A stretch of 64,000 bases of DNA from Candidatus Binatia bacterium (lineage in GTDB: Bacteria > Desulfobacterota > Binatia > Bin18), in assembly GCA_963666315.2 (NCBI GenBank), contig CAXXHG010000032.1:96001-160000 (forward strand), given 5' to 3'. Position numbers and translations under genes: made by a program. Below, piece by piece: positions 60,149 through 64,000 of this stretch (positions within the stretch are counted from its first letter, which is position 1; every line of letters starts with the position of its first letter). The notes below the pieces were generated by a model. The model made no database searches and was not told the origin of the DNA. It saw nothing but the letters and a program-made list of their open reading frames with translations.

Positions 60149-60748
60149 ATGCGCGTCATTATAGGACTCGGAAATCCTGGCCGGCGCTACGAAAAGACCC
60201 GTCACAATATGGGCTTTCGGGTGATTGATGAACTCGCAATACGTTGGGGAGTCCAGCTTTCACAGTACGAATGCTCTTCTCGGCTGGGGCGGACGAGCCG
60301 GCACGGGGAACACGTCAGTCTTATGCAACCCCAGACATATATGAATAGGAGTGGTGAAGCTGCTGCCTGCTTGTGTGAAACCTACCAATTGCAGCCAACA
60401 GATTTTGTTGTGGTATATGACGATTTAGATCTCTCGCTGGGCCGTCTCCGCATTAAGCGGACGGGTGGATCTGGGGGGCATGGCGGGATTGCATCGATTA
60501 TCGCGGCTCTGGCAGGCTCTGACTTTGCTCGGATAAAGATCGGAATTGGTCGCCCACCGGCTAGGCTTGATCCAGTCGATTTTGTTCTCCAGCCCTTTAC
60601 TCGGGAAGAAGAAGCCTTTATTCTCCCGGCGGCGCAACATGCCGCTGCGGCGGTTGAGGCCGTCCTTGCCGAGGGGCTTGAGCGTGCCATGGCGTCATTT
60701 AACGGCGTCGATAGTATGCGGCATGCAAGTCCTGCGCAGGGGGAGTAG
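60149..60748 (+). CDS. pth: Peptidyl-tRNA hydrolase
   Basis: GLGNPG..TRHNMGF, PQTYMNRSG, YDDLDL, GGHGG. Confidence 0.96.
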   Translation: MRVIIGLGNPGRRYEKTRHNMGFRVIDELAIRWGVQLSQYECSSRLGRTSRHGEHVSLMQPQTYMNRSGEAAACLCETYQLQPTDFVVVYDDLDLSLGRLRIKRTGGSGGHGGIASIIAALAGSDFARIKIGIGRPPARLDPVDFVLQPFTREEEAFILPAAQHAAAAVEAVLAEGLERAMASFNGVDSMRHASPAQGE

Positions 60749-60820
60749 TCTGAAAACCTAGCCTCATCCGTTCTGTGTTGTCTATTGTACGCGATAAAGA
60801 GAGGCCCATCGGAGGAGTTC

Positions 60821-61495
60821 ATGCCGATTTATGAGACCCTATATATCCTCCACCCGGAACTGTCTGCAGTTCGGGTGAAGGAAGTCGTCGCAGGAATGCA
60901 AAAGACCCTCGAAGAGAGTCAGGCAAAAATGCTGCAGGTTGAAGAGTGGGGGCTGCGAAACCTAGCCTATGACATTCAGAAGCAAAAACGCGGATATTAT
61001 GTGCGCTTCGAATACGATTCTCCTCCTCAGGCCGTCAGAGACTTGGAACGGGTCTTGCGCTTAAGCGAAGACGCCCTGCGGTTCTTATCAGTCGCGCGCT
61101 CTGCACCGTCGGAAGGGCCAGATCCGAGATCTCAGTCATCTACACCTGATACACCTGAAGAGCCGGAAGCTCAGGCAGCGGTTTCAGAATCTACATCTGC
61201 CGAAGCGGTCGCTTCAGAACCAGCCGAAGCGGTGGCTGCTGAGCCAGCTGCTCCAGCCGAAGCCGAAGCGGTGGCTGCTGAGCCAGCTGCTCCAGCCGAA
61301 GCCGAAGCGGTGGCTGCTGAGCCAGCTGAAGCTGCTGAACTGAAAGCGGTCGCTCCTGGGTCAGGAGCGGGGGATGCTCCGCAGTCCACTGCTCCTGAAG
61401 AAGGGATAGGCGATGCACCCCAAGCTGCCGCTCCAGAAGGAGAGGTGAGTGAGTCTGCTTCAGGGGATTCAGAGGAAAATACAGAAGGACAATGA
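60821..61495 (+). CDS. rpsF: 30S ribosomal protein S6 with long acidic repeat tail
   Basis: MPIYETLYIL, WGLRNLAYDI, ALRFL; ATG 60821 after GGAGGAG. Confidence 0.93.
   Translation: MPIYETLYILHPELSAVRVKEVVAGMQKTLEESQAKMLQVEEWGLRNLAYDIQKQKRGYYVRFEYDSPPQAVRDLERVLRLSEDALRFLSVARSAPSEGPDPRSQSSTPDTPEEPEAQAAVSESTSAEAVASEPAEAVAAEPAAPAEAEAVAAEPAAPAEAEAVAAEPAEAAELKAVAPGSGAGDAPQSTAPEEGIGDAPQAAAPEGEVSESASGDSEENTEGQ
61223..61328 (+). repeat. 39-bp coding tandem repeat (x2.7) in the rpsF tail
   Basis: GCCGAAGCGGTGGCTGCTGAGCCAGCTGCTCCAGCCGAA, encoding AEAVAAEPAAPAE. Confidence 0.9.
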
Positions 61496-61511
61496 GACGT
61501 GAGTCTTTTGT

Positions 61512-61823
61512 GTGAGGACGGGATACCATAAAGTCATCTTTCCTGGTCGGATCCATCGGAGTCCGGAATTGAGGCGTACCCCAGACGGAGGGGCGGTCGG
61601 GACGTTCTCCTTATTGGTGCCGAAGAGTACAGAGAAAGAAGACGATCTTTTTGTTGACGTTGTGGTTTTTCGGACACTTGCAGAAGAATATTGTCCATTA
61701 TTGACATACGGGAAATCCGTTCTTGTGGAAGGAATGTTGGCTCCTGGTCGATGGAATAAGGCCGAAGGCGCGATACGTAATACCTACGAAGTGCGAGCTT
61801 CCCTGATTCGGATTATTGAGTGA
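61512..61823 (+). CDS. Short single-stranded DNA-binding OB-fold protein (SSB/PriB-like, no acidic tail)
   Basis: KVIFPGRI..PELRRTPDG, VVVFRTLAE, GKSVLVEG.L; located between rpsF and rpsR. Confidence 0.8.
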   Translation: MRTGYHKVIFPGRIHRSPELRRTPDGGAVGTFSLLVPKSTEKEDDLFVDVVVFRTLAEEYCPLLTYGKSVLVEGMLAPGRWNKAEGAIRNTYEVRASLIRIIE

Positions 61824-61877
61824 CGAATAAAGCGAATAGCAAAAGATGAACACTGCTGAGCAGTAAAGGGAGTGACT

Positions 61878-62159
61878 ATGCCAGGACCACCCAGAGGCAA
61901 GTTTAACCGGCGAGGCGCGGGAGATGATAGATATCCCCGACGGCGCATGCGCCCGAAAGTCTGTCGTTTTTGTGTGGATAAGAAGGATTCCATCGACTTT
62001 AAAGAAACTTCTCTACTCGGAGATTTTATTACCGAGCGAGGGAAGATTATCCCGAGCCGTATCACCGGTACGTGTTTTTGGCACCAGAGGAAACTCACCC
62101 TCGCCATTAAACAAGCACGCGCGATCGCGTTGCTGCCCTACGCTGCCGCTCAGGTGTGA
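61878..62159 (+). CDS. rpsR: 30S ribosomal protein S18
   Basis: [38 protein letters not shown]. Confidence 0.96.
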   Translation: MPGPPRGKFNRRGAGDDRYPRRRMRPKVCRFCVDKKDSIDFKETSLLGDFITERGKIIPSRITGTCFWHQRKLTLAIKQARAIALLPYAAAQV

Positions 62160-62238
62160 TCGAGTCCTCTCTGAGCTATGCGTACTGTGTAGTGTTTAGT
62201 TGTATTTTTACGGATGCTCGCGTAAGGTAAGGGCCAGT

Positions 62239-62691
62239 ATGGAGATCATTTTACAAGAAGAGGTGATGAATCTTGGCCAGATCGGAGATATGGTCAAGGT
62301 GAAGAATGGCTATGCACGGAACTATCTACTTCCCCGTGGTTTGGCCGTTGTGGCGAATCGACGCAATATTCGTGTCCTGCATCATCAAAAGCGTCTTGCT
62401 ACGGAGAAAAAGGAAAGTGTGCAAAAGCAGGTAAACGTCTTAACGGCGCGGCTTTCGAGTCTCACCATTGCTATTCCCGCTCGTGCTGGTGAGGGAGAAA
62501 AGCTGTTTGGTTCTGTTACGAATATCGATATTGAGAAAGCGCTCCAGGCGCAAGGTGTGAGCGTAGATCGTCGGAGAATTATCCTTGTTGAGCCGATTAA
62601 ACAGCTCGGGACCTATGAGGTTCCAGTGCGTTTAAGTGGGGGAGTCCAGGCGAAAGTGACCGTTCAAGTCACACCGGAAAACGCGGACTGA
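62239..62691 (+). CDS. rplI: 50S ribosomal protein L9
   Basis: MEIIL..V.NLG, VKNGYARNYLLP, KLFGSVT. Confidence 0.96.
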   Translation: MEIILQEEVMNLGQIGDMVKVKNGYARNYLLPRGLAVVANRRNIRVLHHQKRLATEKKESVQKQVNVLTARLSSLTIAIPARAGEGEKLFGSVTNIDIEKALQAQGVSVDRRRIILVEPIKQLGTYEVPVRLSGGVQAKVTVQVTPENAD

Positions 62692-62760
62692 ATCTTTTCT
62701 TGAAATACTATGGGAAAGCTAGTACGCATCAAACAAATATTCGATAGCGGAGCGATTTGC

Positions 62761-62832
62761 AGGCGCGTAGCTCAGTGGGAGAGCACTTCCTTGACACGGA
62801 AGGGGTCGGCGGTTCAATCCCGCCCGTGCCTA
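62761..62832 (+). tRNA. tRNA-Val(GAC)
   Basis: Acceptor AGGCGCG/CGTGCCT, anticodon arm CTTCC-TTGACAC-GGAAG, GGTTCAATCC. Confidence 0.95.
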
Positions 62833-62907
62833 TAGTGCATGAAAAATCAGAGCCAATACGTGTTCACGGCTGGAAGATAAATACATCCTTCCTATGCTGA
62901 ATAGGGG

Positions 62908-62945
62908 GGAAAGAGGCATCCGTTACTGACGCCTCTTTCCTTTTT
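62908..62945 (+). terminator. Terminator-like hairpin immediately before thrS
   Basis: GGAAAGAGGC-N13-GCCTCTTTCC-TTTTT. Confidence 0.6.
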
Positions 62946-62948
62946 CGT

Positions 62949-64000
62949 ATGAGTGAAGCTGCTCAAAATATTGTACCCGAAGCCCACGGACAAGCCTCTG
63001 CCGACAAGGTCGGCGACAATACAGGCAATCCGGAATCGCAAGACCTACGCCGTCGTGCGCCCCAGGCCATTGCCGCACCGGTGGATGGAAAAGTCGTGGA
63101 CTTGTCATCTCCTCTTATCACCAAGGATGCCGAGCCTATTCTCCCGTCCTCGCCTGAAGGACTCGAAGTCTTACGCCATTCGACCACCCATCTGATGGCA
63201 CAAGCCGTGAAACGCCTCTTTCCTGCTGTACAGATCACCATTGGGCCCGTTATTAAGAACGGTTTCTATTACGATTTTAAACATGATGGTTCGTTTACCC
63301 CCGAAGATTTAGAACGCATCGAAGCCGAGATGCGCTCTATTGTGAAAGAAAACTTCCCGGTCAAGCGAGAAGAAGTCGCGCGCGATGATGCCGTCCGTCT
63401 TTTCCGAGAGATGGGGGAGCATTATAAAGCCGAGATTATTGAGAGCATTCCAGGCGACGAGGTTCTTTCGCTCTACCGCCAAGGCGAGTTTGTGGATCTG
63501 TGTCGTGGTCCGCATGTTCCCTCAACCGGCCGGCTGCAGGCATTTAAGCTCACGAGTGTAGCCGGTGCCTATTGGCGTGGAGACGAAAAGAACGAGATGC
63601 TGCAGCGCATCTATGGAACGGCCTTTGCCACACCGAAAGAGCTGCGTCAGCACCTTGCCCTGCTTGAGGAAGCCAAGCGGCGTGACCATCGGCGCTTAGG
63701 AAGAGAACTCGATCTTTTCAGCTTCAATCCAGTTGCGCCGGGGAGTCCATTTTTTCACCCAAAAGGGACCCTGATCTACAATGAGCTCGTTGCGTATATA
63801 CGCAGCCTGTATCAGCGCTACGGCTATCAAGAGGTTATCACCCCGCAGATTTTTGATGTCGAGGTGTGGCACCGCTCCGGACATTACGATAACTACAAAG
63901 AGCATATCTATTTTACTGAGGTCGAAGGACGGGACTTTGGTGTGAAGCCGATGAATTGTCCCGGCCATACGTATATCTATGCGGCTAAGAAGCGCTCATA
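62949..64000 (+). CDS. thrS: Threonine--tRNA ligase, 5' part, runs off window end
   Basis: Manual translation: LRHSTTHLMAQAV, GFYYDF, DLCRGPH, GAYWRGD, RDHRRLG, KPMNCPGH. Confidence 0.96.
   Translation, partial: MSEAAQNIVPEAHGQASADKVGDNTGNPESQDLRRRAPQAIAAPVDGKVVDLSSPLITKDAEPILPSSPEGLEVLRHSTTHLMAQAVKRLFPAVQITIGPVIKNGFYYDFKHDGSFTPEDLERIEAEMRSIVKENFPVKREEVARDDAVRLFREMGEHYKAEIIESIPGDEVLSLYRQGEFVDLCRGPHVPSTGRLQAFKLTSVAGAYWRGDEKNEMLQRIYGTAFATPKELRQHLALLEEAKRRDHRRLGRELDLFSFNPVAPGSPFFHPKGTLIYNELVAYIRSLYQRYGYQEVITPQIFDVEVWHRSGHYDNYKEHIYFTEVEGRDFGVKPMNCPGHTYIYAAKKRS

Overview
Bacterial chromosomal window (~57-58% GC by eye). About 1-57 kb is an accessory catabolic and envelope region: luciferase-like monooxygenases, amidohydrolases, family III CoA-transferases, crotonyl-CoA carboxylase/reductase, MFS transporters, DUF1329/DUF1302, three AMIN-TPR paralogs, an FG-GAP protein, a two-domain exosortase and ParDE/HicB toxin-antitoxin genes. 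About 57-64 kb is an intact housekeeping block (ispE, tRNA-Gln, prs, rplY, pth, rpsF, ssb/priB-like, rpsR, rplI, tRNA-Val, thrS). Gene content and order suggest a Deltaproteobacteria-like lineage such as Binatia (inference only). The accessory part is heavily eroded: at least 10 genes carry nonsense codons, frameshifts or internal deletions and several more are truncated remnants, while I found no lesion in the housekeeping block. Best candidates for undescribed biology: (1) a tandem exosortase (second domain Cys+Arg, no His) plus an IPTL-CTERM target with a non-canonical multi-TM tail; (2) an envelope locus with three signal peptide-AMIN-Pro linker-TPR paralogs around DUF1329/DUF1302/FG-GAP; (3) a ~105-bp structured direct repeat bracketing a ParDE module; (4) a nested REP-like palindromic element in three copies. 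All functional calls come from motif recognition by eye; no searches were run.
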